DNA of 64,000 bases from Octopus vulgaris (Eukaryota): contig OX597836.1 of NCBI GenBank assembly GCA_951406725.2, positions 50,220,001 through 50,284,000 on the forward strand. The letters are read 5' to 3'. Shown one piece after another: positions 45,201-57,253 of this stretch. Position numbers and translations under genes: made by a program. The notes beneath the pieces were generated by a model. That model was not told where the DNA came from and did no database searches. It worked only from the letters and a program-made list of their open reading frames with translations. Numbering within the stretch: the first letter of the stretch is position 1; each line of letters starts with the position of its first letter.

Positions 45201-46359
45201 CTCCATATTAGTGTCACCCCTTCCTCCCCTCCTCCTCCTCCTCCCCCCTCTTTCTTTGCTGTGAATATTGTTTCCTCCTCTCACTACTCCTAATCTATTA
45301 ATCCCCACCCACAACAAGTAACCACTTCATCTCCCCACAAATGGCTCTGCCTGAAATGTTAGCTTTTCCCTTCTTCAAGCAAAATAGAATTCCATCCCAT
45401 TTTGTGAAGGTGACACACACACCCACACACACATGAATGAGACACATTCAATAAAAAAAAACTCATTTACCTGGTTTCAAAGAAAATTACCTTTTATACA
45501 GTTAAAATGCCAGCTCTTCACCAAGTTTCCCGCATTTACTCAAATGTTTCATTCAATCCCTTGCTTATTTCACAAAGTATTGGGACTACAAGAACCATCA
45601 GCAGCAAGCCGAAATTTCACTGTTATTCCATGAAATCTCCACAAAACCTCTGAATAAATCTCATAAATATAATCTTAAGCCTGACCCCTTAGCATTCAGA
45701 GTCCTCTCTCAAATGTTCTGCTTATTTACTCCCGTTGTCCTACATTTATCATTCTCTATCTCGTAACATTGTAGGGTTGAAATGAAAGGATTAAGACACA
45801 TCGATATTTTCTATCACTTCCCATAAACTCAGAGAGTTGTTTATATCTCAGTATAAAAGAGACTGAGTTTTATAGAGCACTTGTGCATATAAAGGGACCA
45901 CTTGAATGCATTAACACTCTGGAAGGATCCCTGAAAGCTACTTGAAAGGTGGGTAGTGGGGTGATATGTACAGAATAATTCCACAGACCAGCTCTATTCC
46001 AATTATCACAGTATAGGTTCTTCAACTGTGTGGTTACCAGTAAATACAGCCGGAAGAATAACTCATTGTTGTCGGTAGTTTTAACATGGAATTGTTTGTT
46101 CTTTTGATATTTCATGGTTCTTCAAGACAGACAGAGCATCGAGAGAAAGTTGATTGAAAGAATGTCTCAATAAATAAAACCAATTCACCTTTCAAAAACA
46201 AAATCTCAATAACAATCTGAATTCCTCAAAGAATCCCAAATTGTAATCCTGCCAGTAATATATTGCTGTGGCTTGGAACCAAATGCACAGCATTATTTTC
46301 CATTCAAAAGAAATCTCTATGTTTATGTCTAGGAATGCAGAGCTAGGAAGAAAATCTTT

Positions 46360-46437
46360 TTAAGAATCCATCGATATATTCATTGTCACAGCATCAAACA
46401 ATTTCTGAAGACATTGGCAAATATTCTGGGCTTGATT
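46360..46437 (-). CDS. ITGB1BP1: ICAP-1/ITGB1BP1-like gene, last coding exon (NQAQNICQCLQKLFDAVTMNISMDS*)
   Basis: T-rich tract plus CAG acceptor, TAA stop. Matches human EQAQAICKVLSTAFDSV. The spliced protein is 182 aa and all introns are phase 0. Confidence 0.9.
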   Translation of the reverse strand, partial: NQAQNICQCLQKLFDAVTMNISMDS

Positions 46438-46578
46438 CTGTTGGAGTAAAAAAAGAAAGAAAAAGGAAAAAATTTGCATTAAAACCCTTGAATAATGATT
46501 TGTTGATTGGAATTTAAATTAGATTTACAGAAGAAGGGGGAATGTGATGATGTGATGTTCATGCTTTTACCAAAAATA

Positions 46579-47863
46579 TCAGGTCATCCCATAAGTTCTG
46601 TCTGAATTCTGAATAAAGAAAACAAGTGATCAAATATTATATTTAATTGAAATTGAATCATCAATGTACTTTCCCTGATTATCTATGACTTTCTTCCATC
46701 TATTTACAAGCTTTTTAATCCCATCAATGTAAAACTCTTTTGGTTTCAAAGCGAAGAACTCTGAAATGTCAGTTTCAGCCTCTTCCTGGCTTGCGAAAGT
46801 TATGTCCCCCCAAATGATTCTGTAAACTACGAAACATATGGTAGTCTGAAAGAGCAAAGTCGGAAGAATAAGGTGGACGGGGAATGTTTTCCCAACCAAG
46901 CTCTTTGATCTTCTGTGATGTGATCTTTGCAGTGTGGGGTTACACATTGTCCTCATGAAACATCACTCCTTTTCGATTCACTAAAATGGGTCCTTTTTTC
47001 TTCAAAACTTAGTTCAATCACTCTAATTGCTGACAGTAGATGTGATCATAGATTGTTGCATTAGATAGTAACAATTCAAAGTGAATTACTCCTTTGAAAT
47101 CCCACCAGATAGAGAGAAGAACCTTTTTCCCATGAAGTTCCCTTCTCGGTTGTGGTTGAGCTTTTTCCCTTTTACCAAGCCACTGTTTACGACATTTAAC
47201 ATTTCGATAGAAGATCCATTTTTCATCACAAGTCACAAGTCTATCCAAAAAGGGTGAAATGAGTTCACAAGAATGGAGAGGAGAGCAAATGTCAACTCAG
47301 GATTTGTGGTTGCTTTCGGACAATTCATGAGGCACCCATTTTCCAAGATTAGGAACCTTTCCAAGTTGTTGAAGATGATGATGAACAGTTGCATGGTTTG
47401 AACTAAGCTTTATTGCCAATTCTTCAACTGATAATGCAGGATTTTCTTCAAATAATGCCCCAAGGAGCTTATCATCAAACTCGACTGGACGTCCTGTTCG
47501 ATCTTCATCTTCAAGGCTGAAATCTGCACTTCTGAATTTTGCAAACCATCTTCTGCAAGTTCTTTCATTCAAGCATTCTTTCCCATAAACTGAGTGTATG
47601 TTTTGAGTCCTTTGGTTGCAGAGTTTTCTTTTTTGTACTCATAAACCATTATGTGCCTCAAATGCTCTTTGGATACTTCCATGTTAGAAAGGGTTTTAAT
47701 CAAATTTTAATCTCTGTTATTCTGTAAAATAATCTTTAATTAGTTTAAATGTACACAAATGCATAAAAATAATTTTAAATTCCATTAGACATTCTAAAAT
47801 ACTATTAAATTTCATTCAATTTTAAAAAAGGTAAAATCAGGCAGAACTTATGGAATGACCTGA
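46579..47863 (-). mobile_element. Full-length decayed mariner DNA transposon in the last intron of the ICAP-1-like gene
   Basis: 27-bp TIRs (TCAGGTCATCCCATAAGTTCTGTCTGA, 2 mismatches), TA/CA flanks, ~1.29 kb. Transposase fragments include the HTH (RRWFAKFRS...GRP), WVPHEL, VTCDEKW and FYIDGIKKLVNRW, interrupted by stops and frameshifts. Confidence 0.92.
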
Positions 47864-48420
47864 CATCAGTTTATTATTTGTATTTGTATTTGTTTGTTGT
47901 AAGGCAGCAATGAACTGGCAGAAGTGGCACCAAATCAGACAGAATGCTCTCTCTCTCTCTCTCTCTCTCATACACAAATAGATAAACAATAAAAAATGGA
48001 ATGAATGACATTCTTTATTTCGAAATCCCTACGATTGTTTCCACACATCGTTACATCAGTCAGGTGTGTAATCGTTCTCACCCACCTGAGGAAGTGTGAA
48101 ATGCACTTCCTCAGGTGATTGTTTCAATAAGTTGTTTGTTAGATCCTCTCGTCATTTCACTCGGTGTGAAAATGCCTATAAATGGTTGGGGGAAGGTGTT
48201 TGTGTTTGTCCTGCCACCACTCTCTCCACTGAGTGGCAACCAGTGATGGTTTGTTTATGTCCCATTAATGGTTTCAACAAGTACCAGCCATAAAAAAATA
48301 AAGTAGTGAAGTTGATTCATTTGACTAAACCTTCAAGGTGGTGCCCCAGCATGGCCACAGTTGAATGACTGAAACAAGAAGAAGATAGAAAAGAAAAGCT
48401 AAATATTTTAGCAGACTTAC

Positions 48421-48564
48421 CTCAGAGACACACTGAAAGACGAAACAATGGAAGACTGTTTTGCTGAACTGACCAATCTTCACGGCGACGTTGTGGTGTT
48501 GGAAGTCATCGTCATATTGGATGATCTGAGCAATCGTGTGCAGCGGGTGTCGCTGCAGCACTTC
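48421..48564 (-). CDS. ITGB1BP1: ICAP-1/ITGB1BP1-like gene, coding exon 4 (EVLQRHPLHTIAQIIQYDDD...HCFVFQCVSE)
   Basis: Polypyrimidine tract plus CAG acceptor, GTAAGT donor, 144 nt. Matches human [20 protein letters not shown]...LWVYQCNSL. Confidence 0.92.
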
Positions 48565-49004
48565 CTGATGGAAGAAAACAGAAGAGGAAATCATCACCAC
48601 CACCATCATCACCACCACCACCACCACCACAGACAGGTGTGTGCGTGAGGCTGTTTGCATTTGCATCTCTCCAAGTATCAAAAGCTACAAACAGTGACAC
48701 TGATGTTGTTTCTCCTGTTAACAAATCATTTGCCGATTCTGTGCCTTTAAAGATGTGTAAAGAGATCCCTTACTTGAAAACGAGGTAAGGTTAGTGACTG
48801 AAAGAGCACCCAGCTGTAAAACACTGCCTCTATAACACAGTCATTGACCCTCAATCGCAAGGAAACTCATGGAACCATAACACATTGCTGTTGAACTGAA
48901 GCACAGCCATGACAAACTATAAACAATTTAACACATACAAACACACATACATATATTCATTTATATATATACATACACATCATATGACGATGTCATACAC
49001 ACAG

Positions 49005-49395
49005 TATCGTTGCATGGTTAAGAAGCTTGCTTCCCAACCACTTGGTTCTGGGTTCATTCCCACTGTGTGGCACCTTGGGCAAGTGTCTTCTACTACAGCC
49101 TCAGACCAACTAAAGCCTTGTGAGTGGATTTGGTAGATGGAAACTGAAAGAAGCTCTGTGTGTGTGTGTGATTCAGTGTTTCCTGGTCTTGACATTACAT
49201 AATAACAGCAGATGAGTGTCACCATCATAAAAGCAGTGTCCTTCATTACCAATCTTCTGTGAAAACATGTCCAGTCTTGGAAAAGAATTGCCTTCCTCGG
49301 TACCAAGTGAGTTAGCAACAAGCAGGGCATCTGGCAATCCAAAATCGACCTCAACAAATCCTATCTGACTCATTTGTGCATGGAAAAGTAGACAT
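49005..49395 (+). mobile_element. SINE with family-A head and a different (RTE-like) tail
   Basis: Family A head, then CTTGACAT...AATCTTCTGTGAAAACATG...AGGGCATC...CATGGAAAAG. A similar copy lies at 21105-21670. Confidence 0.65.
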
Positions 49396-49454
49396 CATTG
49401 CACACACACACATACAAGCATACTAAACTGCTAAACAGAGCAGGTAATCCTTAC

Positions 49455-49550
49455 CTGGCCCTTCTTGTCAAGGACCTTAATTCCATGCCTTGACACATTT
49501 AGTTTCACGGTATCTTCTTCTCGGGCGGTGACAGGTAGTTTGCCATCAAT
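49455..49550 (-). CDS. ITGB1BP1: ICAP-1/ITGB1BP1-like gene, coding exon 3 (IDGKLPVTAREEDTVKLNVSRHGIKVLDKKGQ)
   Basis: TTTCAG acceptor and GTAAGG donor, 96 nt. Matches human [25 protein letters not shown] as recalled. Confidence 0.92.
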
Positions 49551-51143
49551 CTGAAACATAGACAGACACATTAAAAACCCTTCAAAGCAACCCCTAAGCA
49601 CTGAACCCCCAATTTAAAAAGCAAATAGGGACCACTGATTAACTGCATTAACATTTCTAACAAACACCCAACCTCATCACAAATTTTAAGGAGACATGGC
49701 ACTATCAACATCTTAGTTTCAAGGTTGTGTTTGGCCAGCTCAGTGACCATGGTGGTCAACTCTCATAGAATTCTCTTCACACAGATGTGACAAATCTTTT
49801 TAATCCTTGGAGTATTTCTGAGATGAGAAAATGAGCAGAGTGACAAATGTTTGTAGATAAAACAGCTGCACTGTTCAAGGTACAGGCCATGGGATTAAGA
49901 AACCACTTCAGGATCGTGCAGCCCCAGAAAGGATGGTATTTTGGGCAAGTGTCTTCTAGTAAGGTCCTGGTCAATCAAAGCCAGGTGGTCTGGCAAAAGG
50001 GAGTTGATAGAATAAGTACCAAGCAGTGGGCTCAATCTCTTTGATTAAACCCTACAAGGCAATGCCCTAGGATGGTCGTGGTCCAAGGACTGAAACAAGT
50101 AAAAGATAAATGCCAGTGATGTTCTTTAATTGAATCTCCTCAAACTTGGTGTTGGTGCCATGTGAAGAGCATCTGTGCTGGTGACGTGTAAAACACCTCA
50201 TAAGGTGGCTGACATTCGGAGGGGCATCCAATTGTAGAAACCAAGCCAAAACAGACAATTAGGGCCTGGTGCAGCTCTCCAGTCTTGCCAGCTCCTGTCA
50301 AACCTTCTAACCCATGCCAGCATGGAAAAACAGATGCTAAATTATGATGATGAAGTTGATTGTGATGTTGCTTGAACTAGAATGTATGTATACTACTAGA
50401 CCAACCCAGGGATTGAACTTACATCCACTAGCTTAACTATTACACTTAACACTTGATACTTAAATCAAAACCTAGATTCACTGTCCTATGAGGTAATGAG
50501 GATAGGAAGTACTGCTCAACTTAAGTGCTGAATGTAATAAACACTTGAACCCCTTATGTCAAGGACTGATCACTATTTGAAGCAGAAACATTTCCTAATT
50601 TTGGAAATAAAACAATTTTTGTATTTTCCAAGAAAATTTGAAATCCTGCAAAGTTTACTTTCAATTCTCAACAATCAAAAGGATTTGCTTGGCTTAGGGC
50701 TACAGTAGAGGTCACTTGCCCAAAGGTGCCATGCTGTGGCACCTCTGAGCAAACTTATTAACCACATTGCCATGCCTGCAATTGTATGTACACACACACA
50801 CACACACATGTATATGTGTGCGTATTAAACAAGAATGTGCTCAGAAGAATAACTCAGAGCAGGTCAGTGGTATGTCTTTAAACAACACAGACACATACAG
50901 GTATATTAAATACTGTACAACATAAATTCTTCATTTATTAAGAATTATCTCCACCTCCAGAGGATGTCTCACATGGAGGGGAGATAATCTCCAAGAATTC
51001 TCCAAAGTTGATATGTCATGAAAGAAAACGACAAGTTCATTATCTGGAAATAAGGGAAGACATGTTTCAGCTACATCAGGCATCATCAGGACAATCCTTT
51101 TGACCTCCATCCAAGAGCCAAAAGAGTGGAATATATTTATGCA

Positions 51144-51251
<108 letters not shown>

Positions 51252-52023
51252 TATTAAGATTCAGGTGAATAAGGCACAAGGTCGGGTCAAAATAAAAATG
51301 CATACACAGCCTCTAATAGACGAATAAAAACAATGATACTGAAGTAGAGGCAGGAAAATACGCAGGTTGTGTATACAATTAATTGAATGCAACTGAGTAT
51401 ATTATCAGCCCATTCGCTAATTCAGAAACACACTTTCTATTAAATATACAATCCATAATATACTTTGGAACATGCAAGAAGCAGGTTCCAAGACAGGTGA
51501 ATCATAAATAAATAAATAACATATAATGGATAGGTGTCAATTCCTTACAGCTGTTTCCAGCAAATTTTTTTACAGTCCAAGACAGCATCGAGGGCACTTT
51601 TGAATTTTTCCCACCGACCAATCATTTCCCAGGCCCTAAACACTCCAGAACGTGAGGGAGCTCACCACGAAGTTTATATCCTAATAATTATTTTTTCTCT
51701 CTGAGGGATTTTTAACAGAAGAAAAGAAGTAAAAACTACTGCCTTAGGGAACAGATTTCACTCATATGTGACCATTAGGTCAAGCAAATGATGAAAAGAA
51801 ATGAAAATAAAAGTGAGAGGATTGTTTATAGAGATGAAAGCTACATCCACAAGAACTACTGTCAGCACGAGAATGCATCATACGATCAATGATTGAATGA
51901 ACAACAGGCTGATATCTTTGAAGGGGGAAAGAATCAAACGAAGGATTACCATGGCATGTTTGATCACAAATACTTTGTCCTACATGATCCAACAATTATA
52001 GATGTAAAAAAAAAAAAAACATA

Positions 52024-52430
52024 GGGCGCAGGAGTGGCTGTGTGGTAAGTAGCTTGTCTACCAACTGCATGGTTCCGGGTTCAGTCCCACTGCGTGGCAC
52101 CTTGGGCAAGTGTCTTCTACTATAGCCTCGGGCCGACCAAAGCCTTGTGAGTGGATTTTGTAGACGGAAACTGAAAGAAGCCTGTCGTATATATGTATAT
52201 ATATATATATATGTGTATGCGTGCGTGTGTGTGTTTGTGTGTCTGTGTTTGTCCCCTAGCATTGCTTGACAACCGATGCTGGTGTGTTTATGTCCCCGTC
52301 ACTTAGCGGTGCGGCAAAAGAGACCGATAGAATAAGTACTGGGCTTAGAAAAGAATAAGTCCCGGGTTCGAGTTGCTCGATTAAAGGCGGTGCTCCAGCA
52401 TGGCCGCAGTCAAATGACTGAAACAAGTAA
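52024..52430 (+). mobile_element. tRNA-derived CORE-type SINE, family A (well-preserved copy)
   Basis: A-box-like TGGCTGTGTGG, B-box GGTTCAGTCCC, CCTTGGGCAAGT core, internal TA/TG microsatellite, ...GACTGAAACAAGTAAAA tail. Confidence 0.9.
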
Positions 52431-52935
52431 AAAAAAAAGAAATAGATTGTCAAGTATCTTCAGGGAAAACTAAGTATATTTTCCAGTTTTTAATTAAGAA
52501 ATAACTAAATTAATTATTTCATAATTCAATTCAAGACCAGAAAGTACACTTAGTTTTTCCTGAAGATGGTTTTTTTACATCTATAATTGTTTGAATGTTG
52601 ATGTTTCAAGCGTACTGTTGGATTGAAACATGTGTAGGATATTTTTCAGGATATTTTTGGGTTGTTTTGTTGATCCAGTTTCTTTTATCACTTTTACTTT
52701 GCATCATTTTCCCATTGTGATACAAATAAAATATTTTTTCTTCTCTATTTTCTTTTATCAGTTTTTATAATTTATTAGATTATTTATGTATTGAGGAACT
52801 TTCTTTCAATATATTTGATAAAGCCAGTTGGCATCTGGATTGGTATCAACAAACCCTTATAAGGAATTTACATCCTCAAAATTTTGTACGTACATTATGT
52901 ATATATTACCCTGCAACAGCAGGTTATTTAACTAG

Positions 52936-52966
<31 letters not shown>

Positions 52967-53360
52967 CTAGCAGTATCGCCCGGCATTGCTCGGGTTTGTA
53001 AGGGAAATAACTATATAAGCATTTTTAGAGATAAAGTATAATAGCCATCTCAATATGGCTAACCACAAAGGGGGGGTGTTACTGTAGCTTTTTACATTCT
53101 GAGATTTAATAATACATTTTTAGAGTGTTACTTCCCTAATATAATAGCAAAAAAATGCATTAAAAATGGGAAAAAACGATGGTAATTTTTTTTTTAATTC
53201 GTAGACTCATCGTAGACGCGCGCTGATACCCAGGAGGGCTCGATATGAATCACGACTATAAGATACCCACTTTTGGTTACACTGCACTGCAAAATGTGGG
53301 AGTAGTTGGGAATCTAAATCATAGGAGACAGACACACAACATCACTTTTATATATAAAGA
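52967..53360 (-). mobile_element. Non-autonomous Helitron (394 bp)
   Basis: The minus strand starts TCTTTATATATAAAAG and ends with a GC hairpin CCCGAGCAATGCCGGG followed by CTAG. It is inserted between A and T within a TA run. Confidence 0.85.
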
Positions 53361-54215
53361 TATATATATGTATATGTAAATGTATATGTATATATATATA
53401 TAGTTAAGTAACCTGCTGTTGCAGGGTAATTTTCACAATAGAATTACCTTGGTGGACTTAGGGAATAGCACAGCCATATAAGATGGATTATCTGTGTTTT
53501 GATGGATTTTTCAAATGTTTTCACCACATGCAAATGAGGAAAAAAGTTTCTGAGAATTCAAGCTTATTTCAAAACCCACTCACTATCAATTTTGGCCAAT
53601 GTTTTTTAGGACTTAAAATGATGGGGAAAACCATGAAGTTCAAAAAAGCTTTTGGAAATTACAATCTCCACTTCCTTTATTCTCAAACAGAAAATGAAAC
53701 ATAATTTAAAAATAGAGAAATTTTTAAAATTAATTTCATTAACCCCCACCCCACCCATAAGGGGGGCGGGGAAGCATCTTTTGTAAATTTTAAATTTTTT
53801 CAAACCCCTTCCCCCACTTAGTACTGGTTTTGGCTAATCTTTTTTTTTTTTGGACTAAGCACTTAAAATGATGGGAAAAGCCTTGAAAGCTAAATATAGA
53901 AAAATTTTGGAAATTACAATCCCTACTTTATTTTCAAAAAGAAAATGAAACAATTTCAAAACAATACAGACATTTTTTTAAATGTTTTCTCTCTCACAAA
54001 TCCTAAAATTTCAGCTTCTTTCCAAAATTTTTTTTTGAAGCATAATTTTAAAATACAGACAGTCTGAATCTGCAAATTGTTTCTAATTATAATTTCAAAA
54101 TAATTTGAATTTAAAGGAGGCTGTAGTTTCTAACACCACCCATGACTACCCAGTACCTTCCTCATTCCTTTGTCGCTCTGATATGAATAAAGTTGTACTA
54201 GTATTCTGGATAGTG

Positions 54216-54530
54216 TTAGTAGGATAGGTTGTGGCCTAACGTATGGGGCTCAATGCTGGAGCTGTGTACATGTTGGGCACTCATGTATTCAGAGTTGTTA
54301 TAGTATGAGTTTGGATAGTAGAGAAAAAGCGTTTGTTTATTAGAGGCTGCTATGGTAGACTCAAAGTTGGCTGGGGTGGAATAGGATAGCTTCATGGTAG
54401 ATCTATTAAAGATAAAGTAATATTTATGTTGACGAGGGAAGTTGGTGTCCAGTATATTAAAGAAGGATTTAGCTAAGTTCTTAACATTTAGCGAGAAATG
54501 TGGAGTGTATACCATAGAATAGAGCGTCCA
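54216..54530 (-). mobile_element. Penelope-like element fragment (linker between RT and GIY-YIG)
   Basis: YTPHFSLNVKNLAKSFFNILDTNFPRQHKYYFIFNRSTMKLSYS resembles the PLE motif WFNPP(Y/F)S.NV.TN.GK.FL...HFP..H.L.KIFNR.T.K.SYS. Confidence 0.8.
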
Positions 54531-54796
54531 CCACTTTTTTTTTGGGGGGGGGGGGGTAGTGCTATCTATATTTTTGGAAAATGAAGTGGGGTGACATGGC
54601 CCATTGCTGTTTTAGTTTTTGACCCAGTGTTACATGTGGGGTCTAGGTTGTCTTCATATGGGTTCCTCTGGGGTTCTAGTGTATGTGGTCTGTTGTGATT
54701 CTGATGGTTGGTGTGTCGTTGCAAAATATGTTGCTTGAGCCTAGTATTAGGGATGTATTTTATTTGTTGGAAGAAGCTGCACGTATATATATGCAT

Positions 54797-55120
54797 CTCA
54801 TCATCATTTAACGTCCATTGTCCATGGGTTGGATGCTGTGACCAGGTCTGGCAAGCTGGGAGGCTGCACCAGACTCCAGTCTCGTTTCGTATGGTTTCCA
54901 CGGCCAGATGCTAACCACTCCCAGAGTGTAATGGGGGCTTTTATGTGCCAAGCACCCACTACACTCTCAGAGTGGTTGGCATTAGGAAGGGCATTAAGCT
55001 GTAGAAACTCTGCCGGATCAGATTGGAGCCTGGTGCAGCCATCTGGCTTGCCAGTTCTCCACCAAACTGTCCAACCCATGCCAGAATGGAAAATGGATGT
55101 TAAACAAGAATTATGATGAT
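54797..55120. repeat. Head-to-head inverted pair of a third repeat family (RTE-tail SINE/LINE 3' end ending in (GAT)n)
   Basis: Both halves match the CAACCCATGC(C/T)AGCATGGAAAA..GACGTTAAA-(TGA)n family also seen near 12330-12530, 20310-20480, 50150-50350, 56685-56860 and 57480-57660. Confidence 0.75.
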
Positions 55121-55154
55121 GATATATATATATACACACACACACATCATTTAT

Positions 55155-55735
55155 GTGTTTCAGTCATTAGACTGTGGCCATGCTGGGGCACCTCATTCAG
55201 GTATTTCAGTCAAATGAATCGACCCCTGTACTTACTTTTTTACATCCTGGTACTTATTCTATTGTTCTCTTATTGCTGAACTGCTAAGTTATGGGGATGT
55301 AAACAAACCAACACTAATTGTCAAGCAGTGGTGGGGGGGAACTTGAACACAAAGGCACATATATATATACGAAAGGGTGGGGCTGAAAAGTTCCTGGCTT
55401 TAAGGTTGTCACGAAAGGCCTGGTTGGAAGCCTAATCTTCCAAGTTCTTTTAAAAGACTTAGAAAAACTGAAGGACCCCTGCAACAAGTGTGATAATCCG
55501 AGAGGGGAATATGTTCAATGAAATCAGAATTAACTGATCCTCCTGTATTTTCTTTTACCCAAAGCCAGGAATTTTTCAGCACCCCTTTGTATGTACAACA
55601 GGCTTCTTTCAGTTTCCATTGAGCAAATCCACTCTCAACGCTTTGTTTGGTGTGGGGCTATCGTAGAAGGTGCTATGGCAGTGGGACTGAACACAGAATC
55701 ATGTGGTTGGGAAGTAAACTTCTTACCACCTGGCC
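55155..55735 (-). mobile_element. SINE family A, old, split by a mariner MITE
   Basis: Head at ~55600-55735 and tail at ~55155-55345. Confidence 0.7.
55370..55589. mobile_element. Mariner-derived MITE nested in a SINE
   Basis: TIRs GCTGAAAAGTTCCTGGCTTT / AAAGCCAGGAATTTTTCAGC with TA flanks. Internal remnant of a transposase C-terminus (LEKLKD..NKC...RGEYV). Confidence 0.75.
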
Positions 55736-57070
55736 ACATCATGGTTTGATGGTTTCTGACAGGACCTGGCAACCTCCAGATGTGCACCAGGCTTCAATGT
55801 TCCTTTCAGAATGGCTGGATGCTCTTCCTAATGCCAACCCCTTTACAGAGTGGCCTGGGTGCTTGTCTTTCATGACACTGGCACCAGTGAGGTTGCCAAG
55901 TAAATTGCAGGACAGGGAAAGAGAAAATCTTTTACTATTAAGTGGGAGGGGTTATTCGTGAGGGGGAGGTGGCTTTAGGCTAATTGTTGAAAGGGCTTTG
56001 AAGGACCAGCACAGGTGTCATGCTACAGAGGAGATATATGGCTACCCCACATTATATAGGGGTAGGTGGGAGTAGTAGAGAAGAAGATAAAAGCAAGGTA
56101 GTGATGGAGGAGGGCCAGAGCTAACTCTCAAGGTAAGCATAAGACAGGATACAAACAATAGGTCATGGGAGGAGAGGAGAGAGTGGATATTTCCATAAGA
56201 ATGTGGGGGTGGAGGGTAGTAACAGATGATTAAAGATGAGGGTGGAAGTGAATGTATTGCTTGCTGAACAAAGGTGGAGGTTTGGTTGAAGGGAAATGCC
56301 AATATGGAGAGATGTGAGGTTGGATAGAAATAGAAATAGCTCAAGAAGGAGAACAGATCAGAAAGTAGAAGGATGATAGCAAAGTGTAGGAGTGGAGCGT
56401 GTGTGTGTATGTGTGTATGTGTATGTGTATGTGTATATATATATATATACACACACTCATACCTATAAATTGGATTTACAAGAAAAGGTTTCAAAGTTTC
56501 AGTTTGTTCACCTTCATCAGACGAAGGCAAACAAGTGAAAGTTACTCTCAACCTTTTCCTTATAAAAACTAATAAATATGTTTACTTTAGTAAAAAGGAT
56601 TGAATAATCTTTCAGTTTGTTGTGAATCATTTTTATATAAAACTTGATATAAAAGTAAATGTTAATAGAAATATTTATAAATCATCATCGTTTGATGTCC
56701 ATTGTCCATGCTGGCATGGGTTGGACAGTTTGACCAGGGCTGCACCAAATTCCAGTCTGATTTGCCATGGTTTCTATGGCTGAATGCCCTTCCTAACACC
56801 AACCACTCCAAGAGTGTAATGGGGAATTTTATGTGCCGCCAGCATGGGTGCCAGTTGCGTGACACCAGTATCTGCCACAACTATGATTTCACTCAGCTTG
56901 GTAGATCTTCCTTCTCAAACACAGCATATTGCCAAAGGTTTTGGTCATTTGCCATTGGCTCCATGAGGCCCAATACTCAAAAAAAGGTGCTTTTTTATGT
57001 GCCACCAGCAAATATACACGTCTATCCCACGAGATGAAACAAAATGAAATCAAGAGTCACCATCACATAC

Positions 57071-57253
57071 TTGTGCTTCTTCCAGCTGGTCGATTAGTTG
57101 AGCCTCAGTATCCCTCTTCCTTGCATCACCCATATTCATTTCCCGTACCATTCCAAGAAAGAACACGTTAAAAAAGACTCTCTGATGGAGAATCTTCTCC
57201 ACAGAATCTTTGGTGTCTTTTAGTGCAGTCAGGTTTTCATTACTGGAACCAAC
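57071..57253 (-). CDS. ITGB1BP1: ICAP-1/ITGB1BP1-like gene, coding exon 2 (VGSSNENL...FNVFFLGMVREM...LIDQLEEAQ)
   Basis: TTTTCAG acceptor, 183 nt open frame, GTATGT donor. Aligns by eye to the PTB start of human ICAP-1 (FRIKYVGAIEKL...LINYIDVAQ). Confidence 0.85.

Noticed and set aside
52024-52095. tRNA gene
   Set aside because: The A/B-box-like motifs belong to a SINE head, and no full cloverleaf is evident.
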